Below the pieces are notes generated by a model. It was not told the DNA's origin and did not search any database. It was given only the letters and a program-made list of their open reading frames with translations. This document shows positions 1 to 13,478 of a stretch of 64,000 nucleotides of DNA, piece by piece; position 1 is the first letter of the stretch, and each line of letters starts with the position of its first letter. The stretch is taken from assembly GCF_009914755.1 (NCBI RefSeq), contig NC_060941.1. One strand, 5' to 3'. The position numbers were made by a program, and so were the translations under genes. This stretch comes from the human T2T-CHM13v2.0 reference genome, Homo sapiens.

Positions 1-260
1 TGTAGCCATTAAAAATGATGCTGGAGAAATATTTCCTTCACATGAACAGATGTTCGCAATGTCTATTAAGTGAAAAAAATAAGTTATAAAATAACATGTT
101 CAATGTGATTCCATTCTTGTCTGAAAATATATGTGCAATTGTATATGCAGAGGGAAAAATACCTTGGAGGTAAGTGGTCACATTGTTTATATCTGGATGG
201 TGGAATACAGGGACTTTACTACTTTCTTATTTGTGTTTACTACTTTTTTTTTTTTTGTAA
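1..260 (+). mobile_element. Old L1M (L1ME-like) 3' fragment
   Basis: tgtagccattaaaaatgatg...aagtgaaaaaaataagttataaa resembles ancient L1 3' UTR. Confidence 0.5.
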
Positions 261-511
261 TGAGCTTGTAAAACTGTAAGAAGGTTAAATGAAAAAGGAA
301 TGCAGTGAAACTTCTTATAAGTAAAAGAATCCTTTCACAATGCAAATAATTATACCCTCCCTTTCTTCAGGTGGGCATTGGCACCTGTTCCTTCCGAGGT
401 TCTCTTGCAGAGGGAGAGCCAGCACTTTTCTTAGCTTCCAGTAGAGGTTGTTACCGCAGTCTTTAACCAAGAAGAGCTAAATGTTTTCCAAGTGGATTTT
501 GTGTTTCTGAC

Positions 512-764
512 CACTGCTGACCAATTATAGGATGTGGGCCATGTAATAACCTCGCCAAGCCTCAGTTCCTCATCTAGAATATGGGAATAATTACCATTCT
601 GTCTTGAAGGATGGCTGTGAGAATTTTAATAGACACAAGCAAAATGTTTGGCTCTTTGTAGCTGCTCCATAAACAGTGGCAGTCACCACTATTATCCTCA
701 ATTCTAAGATAAATAAGCCACAGTCCCTGCCCTTACAGAGGTGACAGGAAAGTGAGAAACACTT
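512..764 (+). repeat. Direct duplication copy 1 (MIR core plus flank)
   Basis: Aligns by eye with 2345-2595 at roughly 80-85% identity. Confidence 0.9.
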
Positions 765-2344
765 CTTTCCCAAATTACACAGCCTCTTTTCATTGATTCA
801 GTTATTGGGAACACAGTTTGGGAGTTTCTATTTTCTTATTTTGTAAAAGTTTGAGCTTCCATTTGAGTGTGCCCAGGGAAAGGCCATCAACTCATTGCAG
901 CTTGGGCTGGCTGCGTTCTGTAGTGGGGCAAGCAGGGCCCCACGTGAGCGGAGACCCCATTGAGCTCCAGTGGAGGACAAGTATTTGACAGCTTTCTGTT
1001 CCCCAGCCATCAATGTCTGCCCTGCCTGGTTGTATTTCTTATGAATACTCCTAGACCCTGAAAAGACTACATTGGAAAAAATTCTTTATAGGTCACTACT
1101 TCTATTTTTGACAGGTGAACTTTCATTGACCTCCATGAAAATCTGCCTCTGTAAGCCAGGCTAATGCTGCATTCTGCAAAAAAACAAATAAAAAGAATTG
1201 TTTCATTAACTGGGCTGAAAGAGGTATCACCCTAATTCTTGACGTGCTAATGATTGCTGGTTCTTGAAGGTGCTAATTTTGAGACTCCAGTGTGGAGAAT
1301 GTGTTCATTTCCCCAGAGGTTCAGCATTAGCCTTTTTTTTTTTCTTTTTTCTTTACCTAATCCTGATATTAGTTCACATTTGGACTTTGGCCCGAATAAA
1401 TACATTAGAAATATATGCATTTTAAATAAATGCATGTTTGATATTTCCCCTCAAACTTTATTATCAAGCGTATTTGCACAAAATAGGATGTTTGATCTTA
1501 AAAATGGCATCCCGTCTTTCATGGGAGAATGGCTGTGGAATGAATAGCTTTTATCATATGTCTAAAGGCCTTTTTATTTCAGTGGGAATTGGGCTTTTAC
1601 TTATAGTGTGTGCTGATCTTCATTGCTAATGCTTCCCCATTTGAAAAAAAAAAATCTTTCATTCTTTAGTTGTTTTAATGCAAAAGAGAAAAAGAAGATA
1701 TGTAAATATGGACCTTTAAAAAAAAATCCTTGGGCACATTGAGGATGCATTGAGTTGCACTTTCTCAGTGGGAATCACTGGTATATCACACCTCTAATTG
1801 TTAAGCACCTACTTTTCCAAAAGCAGCCAGTTGCTTAAAGTTCCTTTTATAAAAAACTGTTTCCTAACAAGGGAGTGGAGGTAGGCTAACAGTTGGGGGA
1901 TGGTTAGTGAGACTGGGAGCTTCAGAGCTTCTCTTCTCTGAATGCAGAAGGAAGGATTTTTGACAGGTAAAAGTAAAGAAGAGCAAAGGTAGAAGGGACA
2001 TTAGGGATCAAGAATAACTATCTCATGTTATTTTGGAAACTAAGGAGGAAGAGCTGGAGTCACTTGTTCAAGGTCTCTGAGGATAGATGATAATCCTGCT
2101 TGGAGCTTTTCCTACCATTTCAAACTTTACTCCCCACCTCCACCCCTACCCAGTTTGGTTATAATCAAGGGGCTGCTGGATATTATACTCAGCTTAGTTC
2201 CATTTCTTTCAACAATTGCAAATTGAATCTTATTATATGTAGGCACTCTCCTAGGTGCTGGGGAGGGGATGGGGAGCAGGGATGGTCTAGTGGAAAGAAC
2301 CCAGGCTGCAAAGAAGCTAGACTTATCAATTGACTTCCCAGTTT

Positions 2345-2595
2345 CACTGCTGACCAAGTGGTGGATCTGGGCCATGTAATAACCTCACCAAGCCTCAGTT
2401 CCTCGTCTAGAATATGGGAATAATTCTCATGCTGTCTTGAAGGATGGCGGTGAGGATTAGAATAAACATAAGAAAAAATGTTTGGCTCTCTGTGGTTGCT
2501 CCATAAACTGTAGCTGCTCCTTTTGACTTCAGTTCTAAGATAAATAAGACATAGTCCCTGCTGTTATAGAGTTGAGAACCCAGTGAAAAACACTT
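2345..2595 (+). repeat. Direct duplication copy 2 (within a MIR starting ~2275)
   Basis: Shares cactgctgaccaa, gggccatgtaataacctc, tctagaatatgggaataatt and ttctaagataaataag with copy 1. Confidence 0.9.
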
Positions 2596-3150
2596 TGGGA
2601 AATATGGCCCTAGAATGCTTGCAGTTGCATTAATCAGTGACTGGATCAACTACAGTCATCTTCACAACCTAAACTATACTGTGGTTAGGAAATTCCCTAA
2701 ATTTCCTATCACAGATCCTAGGAGTGAGAAGGAAAAGAAAGAGGAGCCTGGAGATGGGGTAAATTAGACATGATGTACTCCAAATTTGTCTCATTAGCCT
2801 GTAATCTGGTTGCTGGGAAAACTCACCTATAAAACATGAGACTTTTTTTTCTCTAATTCATGAACAAATCTCAGAATGGCAGGGGATCATTGTGGATCTT
2901 AGCGAGAAAATCCTTTATGCTTGTGTGTACAGGGGTATGTCTTCCTGCTATGCAAACAATCTGTTGAAAAACTTAAATTTTATTAGATTTCCTTGACGTG
3001 ACATACAGAACAATGTTTGATTTTTTATATTGCTTTATCTATACATTGGAAAGAAATGACTGAAAATTGATTTACATTGGTGGAACTGGTCTTGGGTGAA
3101 CACATATTCCTGGCTTGGTGAACACATATTCTGTAGCATAAAGCAAATAA

Positions 3151-3474
<324 letters not shown>

Positions 3475-4400
3475 CACTTTTACATTTTTAAATATTTTGC
3501 CTTACCTATCTGTTTTTCATTTCTCTGTCTGAGTATTAAGAAATACCTTTAATGGACCAATCCGTGCCTGGATTGGAAAGATCTCTACCCAATCTTGGTT
3601 CTACTTCTAGATTTCAAGGCCATCTCATCAGAAGCACAATTATTACTAAAGTCTCCTAATGAGCATCTGGGAGCAACTTGATACATGCTTTCTGCTTGTT
3701 CAAGCAAGAGGGAGATTCTTGAACATTGGGAGGCGTTGAGCCTGGTAAGCTATTTCTTTGCTTCCTGATTCTACCTCTGTCTTTGTGGCCAGATAAATAT
3801 ACTATTTTATTCACATGTGTTGAGTTAACATATTGGCTGTTCTGCAAGCTACAGTGGATTCAAAAGAAAAGATACTGTTTCTTGTCTCAATGGCATTTAC
3901 AATCTCGCTGGAAAGACAAGAGGAACAGTGGCAGTCTACTTGCAAAAAATAGCATTTGATATTTGCATTGTTTATATGTCTTATGTAATTATCTAATTTA
4001 CAAAATTAATTTTAAATTTTTTATCACAATGTTTGCCATTGTAAATTAGAGGCACTTAAATTACTATTAAAATGTGTTAAGTTCACAAGGTCAAATATAT
4101 ATTATAAATATATAATGTATTAAATATATTTATATATAAATGTATGATCAAATAATAAAACTTTCTTGTGTTTTAAGTACTAAGACTTTTGAGGTATGAC
4201 TAATAACAAAATAGTTACAAAGTATGAATAAGTGAGTATATATATACATATATTTGTATGTAGATATGCATATTCCCTACCTCCAATCACTTGAAGCAGC
4301 CACCCTCCACCCTCTCTCCCAAAAGCAATGAGCACACCTAGTACCCACATTGATTCTAAATACTTTACTAAAAGGATCCAGGGCTCCTTGGAGAAATAAC

Positions 4401-4682
4401 TTTTTTTCTGAGATGGTGTCTCGCTCTGTCAGAGTGCAGTGGCGCCATCTCGGCTCACTGCAAGCTCCGCCTCTCAGGTTCACGCCATTCTCCTGCTTCA
4501 GCCTCCTGAGTAGCTGGGACTACAGGTGCGCGCCACCACGCCCGGCTAATTTTTTTGTATTTTTAGTAGAGACGGGGTTTCATCGTGTTAACCAGGATGG
4601 TCTCGATCTCCTGACCTCATGATCCACCCACCTTGGCCTCCCAAAGTGCTGGGATTACAGGCGTGAGCCACCATGCCTGGCC
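4401..4682 (-). mobile_element. AluY-like with small internal deletion
   Basis: Alu dimer; TSD tggagaaataactt. Confidence 0.95.
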
Positions 4683-4929
4683 TGGAGAAATAACTTGATC
4701 CAGGGGTATCGCAGGAAAGTACAAGATGAGTCTGAAATATCATGCCAGGAAGTGAAGAGGAGTTTGAAGAATCAGGGACACATATCAAAAGGGGCAGGAG
4801 CCTGCTTGCAGGATCCCCCTGGCCAAAGCAGAACAAGCTGAGCACCAAAATATTGGATGGCTGCCCATTGAATAAAATAGAAGGCCATGACTGCATACTG
4901 ATATCAATAAAGAAGTGAATGGAGGAGAA

Positions 4930-5450
4930 TGAATGTTCATTCTTATAGCAGGATGCCCACTAACATATGTAGAAGCAATGATGGATATAAAAAAAAAATC
5001 ACCCTCCAGCCACTCTCCTAGTAGCGGATGACTCATAGACTCTGAATTTTGACAACTGTCCCAACCAAGTCTCTTTATCCTTTCTGATCCTACTTAGGAA
5101 CCCACATTGCACTTATTTGTTGTATCTCATTATCACCTTCAATCTGGAATAGTTGCTTGTTCTCTCCTAGCTGTCATGTCTCTGACTTTCTTAAGGAGAA
5201 CAAGATTTTCATTCTCTAGGATGACCCTCAACCTAGGTTCGCCCTATGTTTCATGCTGATGAGACTCTGGTCATGGATTCTTGGCAGCGATATGCAGAAC
5301 AGATTCTGGCTTTTCACGGTGTCTCACATCAAGAGAAATATAAGGTCCATTCATCGTACCTAATCATGGTGGTGTCTTCCAAGTTTCTCCACCCTAAATT
5401 GACTATTTTTTCTCTTTGTATTTCCCTAGTGTTTTGTAGGGAGATATTTC
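4930..5450 (-). mobile_element. Old L1M fragment
   Basis: Degenerate L1MC/ME-like 3' region, similar in character to ~60200-60900. Confidence 0.4.
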
Positions 5451-7269
5451 TCTACTCACCTTCCTGTCTGCTTTGCAAGTTCATGCAATGTTCATTACCC
5501 TAGAGGTCCAGTGACATCCTGAGCATTCTATGGCTGTGTGGAAATTACAACATGGAAGGTTTTAGGGACCACAGCTACAAACCTTTTGAACTTGAACGTG
5601 TCTGAGAGTCACTTTTTGATGATGTTTCTTGGAAGAAAATTATCTCGTGTTGAATTCAGTGGGCTCGTGCCCATGCATTACTTTGAAGTCATCTGTTGGC
5701 CTTCCTGGAGGAGGACATGATGAAATGAAGCCCAAGCTTTGAGGAGGATTTTTTTTCGCTTTGCTCCCAGTAGTCTTCCTGTTTTTCACACTGGTTAGAT
5801 GGCCTTGGGCTACTGTCACTCATGGCTTCCTGGGGACTGGCTCTTGTCATGAGATTGTTTTGGTTATCCTAATTCCTGACCTTTTGAATTCAGTTGAAGT
5901 TGTTTTCTTTCTCAACCTTGCAACAACCCTCAGCTGTTTGAGGAGAGCTTACTAGGAAATGTTTATTTTTCATTAACTCTATTTCTTTCTATTAGAGCCA
6001 ACAGAAAACCAGAAGAGCAAAAGAGAAAGGAGATCTGTTCAATTAGCCTCATTAGACTTCCCACTTCAGGTCTCTGTCCAGCTCTAGTAAATTCACCACA
6101 GGAGACACTGGGAAAACCATGATCCTGCTGGTCCCTTCTGTTACAAGTCAATGCCTTGTTGGTTCATCCGCTCAATGCTTGTTAAGTCCTCAGGATGTGC
6201 TAGATGCTCTCACATGGAAAGTCCTTTTTTTTTTTCTTTTTATAAGCAACTCTGAAAGATACGGGTTATTAACTTCATTTAAACACCAGGAAATTGAAGT
6301 TTAGAGAAGCTAAGTGACTTGTCCAAGATTCCTTGCGTGGAAAATGGTGGAACCAGTTTTGAATCTTTAGACACCACATAGTTTTCTATTCTCAGTGTCT
6401 ATTTTGAGGAAGTGAGTGGGCTGTGCTTTGTGGCTATATTGGCCTAGATAGCATAGGCAGAGGAGAATTCCTCATGCCCACATGCCCAGCCTGGCTCACT
6501 GAGCTTTTGCCTGGAATCTAGGGGGTAAATCATGAGCTCAGTAGCTATTTTTTCTTCTCTCCCTTTTTCCCTGTGAATATACTTCTCCTGGGGGACCACA
6601 TGGGAGAGAAGGAAGATAGGAAAAGGGCTGGACTGAGATATAACTATAAACATTGGCATAATATCATATAAATAAAACTCCCATTTATATAAAGCTTCTA
6701 CGCCACCTGAGAACTTAGAGAGAATGAGAAAGGAACATGCTATTATTGGAAGGAAATGTAGAGATTGTTTAGCTATGTCTACCTTTTAGGTAGATAAGGA
6801 CTAATTTGGAGCTGGAGAAGAGATGATATTCATTTAAATTCCATAGCTAATGAATGTCAAGGCCAGGATGTGAATTCAGATCTCTTGACTCCTGAACATT
6901 GGGTGGTTAAGAGCAAAACTAAATGTCTATAAATTTGAAGAAAAGTATGAGGGAGCAGAATAATTTGGGGGCTCAATTCTCAGATCCTGAATCATGTTAC
7001 TGTAGACATAAATAATAGATATTCAAGAGGCTCAAGATTCTCAGGAAAAATATAAAAACTTTAAAAATTAATACATAAAAATCAACCTGTTGACATGTAA
7101 TGACAACTAATGTTTATTGACTTAGGAAACAAGTACATTGAGATATATTTTTATATCATAAAAGTCCCCCTTTTCAAATGTGCAATTCAATGATTTATTG
7201 TGCAATCATCTGCATAAACCAGTTTTAGAATATTTCTATACCCCAATAAGATCCCTAATGCCTGTTCAC

Positions 7270-7510
7270 AATAGTTAGTATTAATCGAATGCTTACTTAT
7301 TGACTCATTGTTCTGAGTGCTTTATTTGTAGTAACTTTCTTTGCAGCAATACTCTGAGAGGTTCTGTTATTATCTCCCCCATTTTACTAATGCAGAAAAT
7401 GAGTTGTGGGAAGGTTAGATAACTGCCCAAGGTCACTCAGGCCCTGGGTGATCTTAGTCCAGTTGTCTGTCCCAGATTTGAACTCAGAACGTCTAACCTC
7501 AAAGTTTGTG
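7270..7510 (-). mobile_element. MIR
   Basis: ccccattttactaatgcagaaaatgag...aactgcccaaggtcac MIR core. Confidence 0.65.
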
Positions 7511-8149
7511 TCCTTTCCTACTTCTCTCTTCTACTTCCACATCAGGAAAGAAACTGAGCAACTGTTTGTCTATTTGCATGCTGGTTTGGGGGAGTGGCCT
7601 TGTCCCAGTTCTCTTTCTTATTCCATATTTTTACATGCCACAAAGACACGGTAACCCTCTTTAAGTAATCTGCTGTTATGAAGAGGTGGTTGACAATGTC
7701 AAATTGCATCTTCAGAGGTGTCATCTTTTTAAGCAAGGGATAGGGGTGTGTGCAAAAGAGGAAGGAGGGGAGAGTCATGCTCCTGTTAATAGTGAATGCT
7801 GGAGGCTGTACTTTTTCATATACTCCATGGATCCAGTGTACCATAGAACAATGCAGTTGATGCAATTGAGAAGAAGGACGGGGCCACTGTCCCTATATGC
7901 ATGCCGTCTAGGGATGAGATTTGGGCTGGAAGACTCTGAGTACAATGCCCTGGAAAGGAGATGGAACCCATGTGAGGCTCAGGACAATCTACCTGTCTGG
8001 CTGGTTCTTATCCCCTCTGAGTATCAGAGGAGCAGACGCCTGCAAATGTTGTCCTCTGGGATCCAGACAAAAGGTATTTTTTATAAATACTTGATGTCTT
8101 TAATAGACTACAAGATAGTCTGGGCTCTATCGAACAAGAATGAGAAATT

Positions 8150-9910
8150 ATAATGAGACAATTGCCTAAGATGAAAAGACAACAAAATGAAATTTAAAGG
8201 CAAATGGTTGGAATAAGAAAAAAATGGCAAGGAAAACCAAAGGTTCCATTGTAGAATCAAAATCAAAGTGGGATGATGTAGAGAGCCACAGTGATATTAA
8301 GGAAAGGCAAATGTGATGAAAGCAGTGGAGAAAAGTATTGAAGACAGAGAACAGAAGCCAAAACTGAAGAATCAAATGTTTTTCTGAACAATAAAACAGC
8401 AATGATAGATAGAATTACTAATTAAACATCACACACACACACATTTTTTTCTACACATTTTCTGCAAATTAAGACATTACCACATTACATTAGAGAAAAA
8501 TATGAAATAACTCCAACACCTAGAAGAACCAGAGCAAAAATTTCCCTTATAAACACAAATTCTATAACTATCCAATAAAAACTGGGCAAATTAAACCCAA
8601 AGTAATACAAAGTTAGCGGGTTTTAGATTTCTCCTGTGTAATGTCAAACAGCCCAAAATAAGAGAATCCAAAACACCGTTGAAGGAAAACTATTGTAACA
8701 CAATAGTTACCACTGCCACTTTTTCTATGTGCAGGCAATAAAAAGATTTCCAGATATCTGAAATATATATTTCCCGGGGTATATTTCTTAAAAAAAAATT
8801 AGTTGAAAAAATTCATTCTATGTGAAATGTAGAACAAAACTAAGAATGTAAGACTAGAAAATTCTGTGAAAACAAAAAATAAAGCTGGTGGTGACAAAAC
8901 AGTTAAAACATGGAATTAATTCAAAAATATTTCTTAATAATATCAAAGCCAACACTGATTTAGTGCTTACTATCTTCCTGCACTGTGCTAAGTATTTTAC
9001 ACATACCTTTATTTAGAAGACTTCATGCAGATGTCAAAAACTATTCAACATGGCCAGGCGTGGGGCTCACACCTATAATCCTAGCACTTGCGGAGGCCAA
9101 AGCAAGAAGATCACTTGAGGTCAGGAGTTCAAGGCCAGCCTGGGCAACATAGCAAGATCCTGCTTCTAAAAAGTTATTTATTAAATAAAAGATTTAAAAT
9201 ATAAAAACAGGAATGTAATAAAAACAATCTAAGCTTTAAATCTTCAGATTGTATTATGAAAACCAACCACTGAGGAAAGAGTGAAAGAAGTTCTAGAAGT
9301 TCTTAGTTCTTCATTTTAATATTGAAAAGACAATGATATGCAAAAGAAACTGTTTTAATTTTCATTTCCTTTGATGATTTGAGGCATATTAGGCTGCCCA
9401 CAAAGTAAAAAATAAAATTAAAATATAAGGTAAATGAAAAGTTACAAAGCATGTTATGACAAAAATAGTAGGCATAAAAGAAATTATCAATATGCTAAAC
9501 TTTTTAATGTAACAATAGGAGAAACATAAGCAAACACCTTCAAATAAAACAAAGCAAGAATCCAAATAGGCAATTGAAAAAACAATACTCATTGACAATT
9601 AACACGAAAAAAATGTGAACTTCATAAGTAACTTTTACAAGTGCAAATTAAAACAGCAATGGCATACCATGTTAAAGCCATCAAACTGGCAAAATTCAAA
9701 AGAACAATAATCCCTGGTGTTAGCTAGGATTGAGGGAGAGGGCCTTTTAATATACTGCCAGTAGAAGAGTAAATTGGTAAGTTGGTACTCTTTTGGAGGG
9801 GAATTTGGCAACATACATCAAAAGCTTTCTAAATGCAAATACCTTTTGACTCAAGAATTGTTTTTCCAAAAGACATACTCAGAGGTGGCCACAAAGATTT
9901 AACTACTCTG
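8150..9910 (+). mobile_element. Highly degraded L1M/HAL1-like fragments, interrupted by a FLAM
   Basis: A-rich strand; ORF2-end-like gtgcaaattaaaacagcaatggcatacc...ggcaacatacatcaaaagc at 9640-9860. Confidence 0.5.
9052..9190 (+). mobile_element. FLAM / Alu left monomer
   Basis: ggccaggcgtggggctcacacctataatcc...gggcaacatagcaagatcc. Confidence 0.85.
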
Positions 9911-10005
9911 ATGGGAAGAGAGATCTTCATATATGGGACTTCTCCCTTGAAATGGAGGATAATACACAAGCCACAAACAGAAAGAGGACAACAGTGGATT
10001 ATTAA

Positions 10006-10455
<450 letters not shown>

Positions 10456-12439
10456 CTCTGGTTTATTTCTTGTGCTACCCCTGAGGCTTTTCTAAATCCC
10501 TGTTTAAACATTTTAGGTTATCTCTATAGTAGTCTTGGCAATTAGGGGAAGGGAGGGAAACTATGCAGAAACAGGATAGGAGAACAGTAGGTGCAGGGGG
10601 AGGCCAGAACTAGAGTCCCAGCAAGCCACCAGGAGACTCAGGTGAGCACGCCACTACCGGCCCCTGCCACTGTGTGCTCCTACTGACTTGGCTGTTTCTA
10701 GACCTAATATTGGCTGAAGCTGCCACCGCTGCTTCTGCTGGAGGGACTCCTTTGGGATCCCTGAGTGATCTTGTCTCTAGCACCTGGTCAAAGTACGCTG
10801 AGGGGACACAGGTATACCAAGTACTGGGAGAGCATCACTGTGGAATGTGAGCCTCTGGGCTGTCTGGGGCTTTCTGGGCTTATGTGTCACCACGACTCTC
10901 AGGGTGAGGATTTCTCCAAACATAGGAAGAGGACTTAGATTGCCAGGAAGCCTCCCACCGAAACAAATATTCATTATGGAGATTATATCAAGAATAACAC
11001 ACCTTGAGGCGCAGCTGTATTTCTCATTGCTCATTATTGCCTGCCTCATGTTCTCCACTCCTTTAGAGGGGGGAAGCCCTTCTAGGTGGCTTCCAAAATA
11101 GCTCTTGGTAACTTGGAGAGAAAACTGGAAAGGAGACTCAAAGGGGAATTTTATACACTCAGAGAGCAAAGGACCTCAGAAGTGAATCCATATTTGGTTT
11201 GCTTTTAGGATGAAAGTTTAAGTCGCAGCTCTTTGTATCTGGGTTCTGTTACCCTGCAAGGGGGCGAGAAATGCCATCTCATGTACACTGGAGCTTTACA
11301 GTTTACGAATTGCTCTCACATTTATGGGTGCATAAAAAGTCAAATTGCAATAGCATTGTGCTGTGGGAGGTTTGTGGAGGAGCTGCTGACAGCAGCTGTA
11401 CTGGGAATATAATTATGCATATATCATTTAGCCAATCAGTCAATACTTTTAGGCCTTTGTTTCTGAACACCTACTATGTGCTGGTTATGGTATTCTGTGC
11501 TGCAGGGCTTGTAAGAGTAAAGAAGTTACAGTTGCTGACTTCCATCCATGAACAGGGGGCTAATTACATTAAAAAATAGTTGTAATTTAGCCTAATAAGT
11601 ACGAAGCAGAGAGGGGAATAAGAGCCGTGGGAGAACCAAACATCAGGTGTGAGTCAAAAGGCATGCTGATTTGGCCAACATTTATTAAATTGGCTCATTG
11701 CACACAGGGACAGAAGTATGAGTGATAGTGGGGTGTCTCTCAGCATCCCCATAATAAGAACTGAAGTCTGTCACATCTAATCTATTAGGAAAGTCTCGGT
11801 AGCTGGCTGTTCTCCCCTGTCTTCGTTCCCCCTAGGACCCCGTTATGCATCATAATTCATTATCCTTCCTTTTACTGAATTAGCTCTTCTATAATAAGTG
11901 GGCATTCTCATAGACCGTACCTCAATAAACAGCATTTTCAGTGCATACAAGAGGTTGCAAAGGGGCTTGAGGTGACATTTCTGGGGACTCTCCTTTATGC
12001 AATTATGAGAAGAGGGTGAAAAAAAAAATGTAAGCACAGCTAATCCAGGGAGGCAAAACTAGTTGTGCCTGCGCTCTCCTCTAGGGGAGGGCATCTGTCA
12101 GTGCTGAGCTGATGACACCAGCCTTTCTTTCACCATGACCTCTCGACCCAGTTCAGGCTGTCACATTTCTCTTTTGTGATTACAAAAGGCCTCTGGGGAC
12201 TCTATGCCGAGAAGTTTACCTTCCAACCCAGCCAAGAGATGAATCAGACGCAAAGTGACTTTATGAGAAACACCTCTGGCTAGAGGGTTAACTCAGGGCT
12301 TTGTATTAATGAGACCAAGTTTGCTGGTTCTGTTGCAGAAGAGCCGCCAATTCCCCAGAGCCACCCATGACTGTCAGCCCTCCAGGCCAGCCGTGCTCAC
12401 GGTGCATGGCCCTGGACCCTGGGAGAGCCTGATGTGGGT

Positions 12440-12610
12440 GTCCCATGAGTCAGCATGGACCCAGTCCCGTCACTGGAGAAACAGATCCGACAGCCATGAC
12501 TCAGGAATGCGGATGTTCTGTCCCAGGAGCACCGCAGAGAAAATCATGTTGAAACCTTGATGTTATTGACAGAAAAGAACACATTGCTCAATGGAGTGTG
12601 AGTCAAATAA
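12440..12610. promoter_or_regulatory. AP-1/MARE motif cluster, candidate enhancer
   Basis: ATGAGTCAGCA ~12446, TGACTCA ~12497, TGAGTCA ~12599 in non-repeat DNA. Confidence 0.4.
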
Positions 12611-12644
12611 CTATGAACTTAAAAATATAGAAGTCCTTCCTTAT

Positions 12645-13025
12645 GAAAGCTTTCGTGTTCTGTGGTTTGTTACTTGCATTCAACCGCAGTCTGAAACTAT
12701 TTTTAAAAATTCCAGAAATAAACAATTAATCAATATTAAATTAAGCACCATTCTGAGTAGTGAGACAAAACCTTGCACCATCCCACTCCATCCAATCCCA
12801 GCCTGGGATGTGAACTATCCCTTTGTCCAACAGATCCACGCTGCCTACGCCGCCTGCCCAGTAGTCCTTAGTAGCCGCCTCGGTTATCAGACTGACTGTC
12901 ATGGTATCGCAGTGCTGTGTTCAAGTAACTGGTTAATCTAATCATAGCCTATGTAGGGTTCCAGTTTGAGGCATTTTCTGGGGGTCTTGGGATGTATGCC
13001 CCCAGGAAAAGGGGGACTAGTGTAC
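12645..13025. mobile_element. MER44/Tigger7-type DNA transposon
   Basis: caaccgcagtctgaaa...cctgggatgtgaactatccctttgtcc...aagggggacta terminus. Confidence 0.7.
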
Positions 13026-13102
13026 CTAAAGTCATATCCAAGTAGTACAAAAGTCAAACTTCAGAAATTCTTTCTAAGCTCATCAAAAAAAATGGTAAAA
13101 AG

Positions 13103-13478
13103 TGTGCGAAGGATTGAATGCTTGCATCCCTCTAAAATTCACATATTGAAATCCTAACCTCCAAGGTAATGGTATTAGAAAGTGGGAACTTTGGGAGGTG
13201 ATTGATTAGGTCATAAGCGTGGAGCCCACATGAGTGAGATTAGTGCCCATATATTAGTAAAGGAGATCCTGGAGAGCTCCCTCACCCATTCTACCACGTG
13301 AGGACACAGCAAGAAGACAGCTGTCTATGAACCAACAGTGGGGCTCTCACCAGACACTGAATATACCAGTGTTTGATCTTGAACTCTCCAGCTTCCAAAA
13401 CCATGAGAAATAAAAGTTTGTTGTTTAAGCCAGTGTATAACATTTTTGTATATAGCAGTCTGAAAGGACTAAGATACA
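13103..13478 (+). mobile_element. MaLR LTR (MLT1A-like)
   Basis: aaattcacatattgaaatcctaacc...aataaaagtttgttgtttaagcc...gactaagataca. Confidence 0.85.

Noticed and set aside
2688-2697. Perfect NF-kB-type site (GGGAATTTCC on the minus strand)
   Set aside because: Single isolated motif, compatible with chance in 64 kb
7686-8153. 155-aa ORF in non-Alu DNA
   Set aside because: Starts at GTG, no recognisable domain, no convincing exon structure
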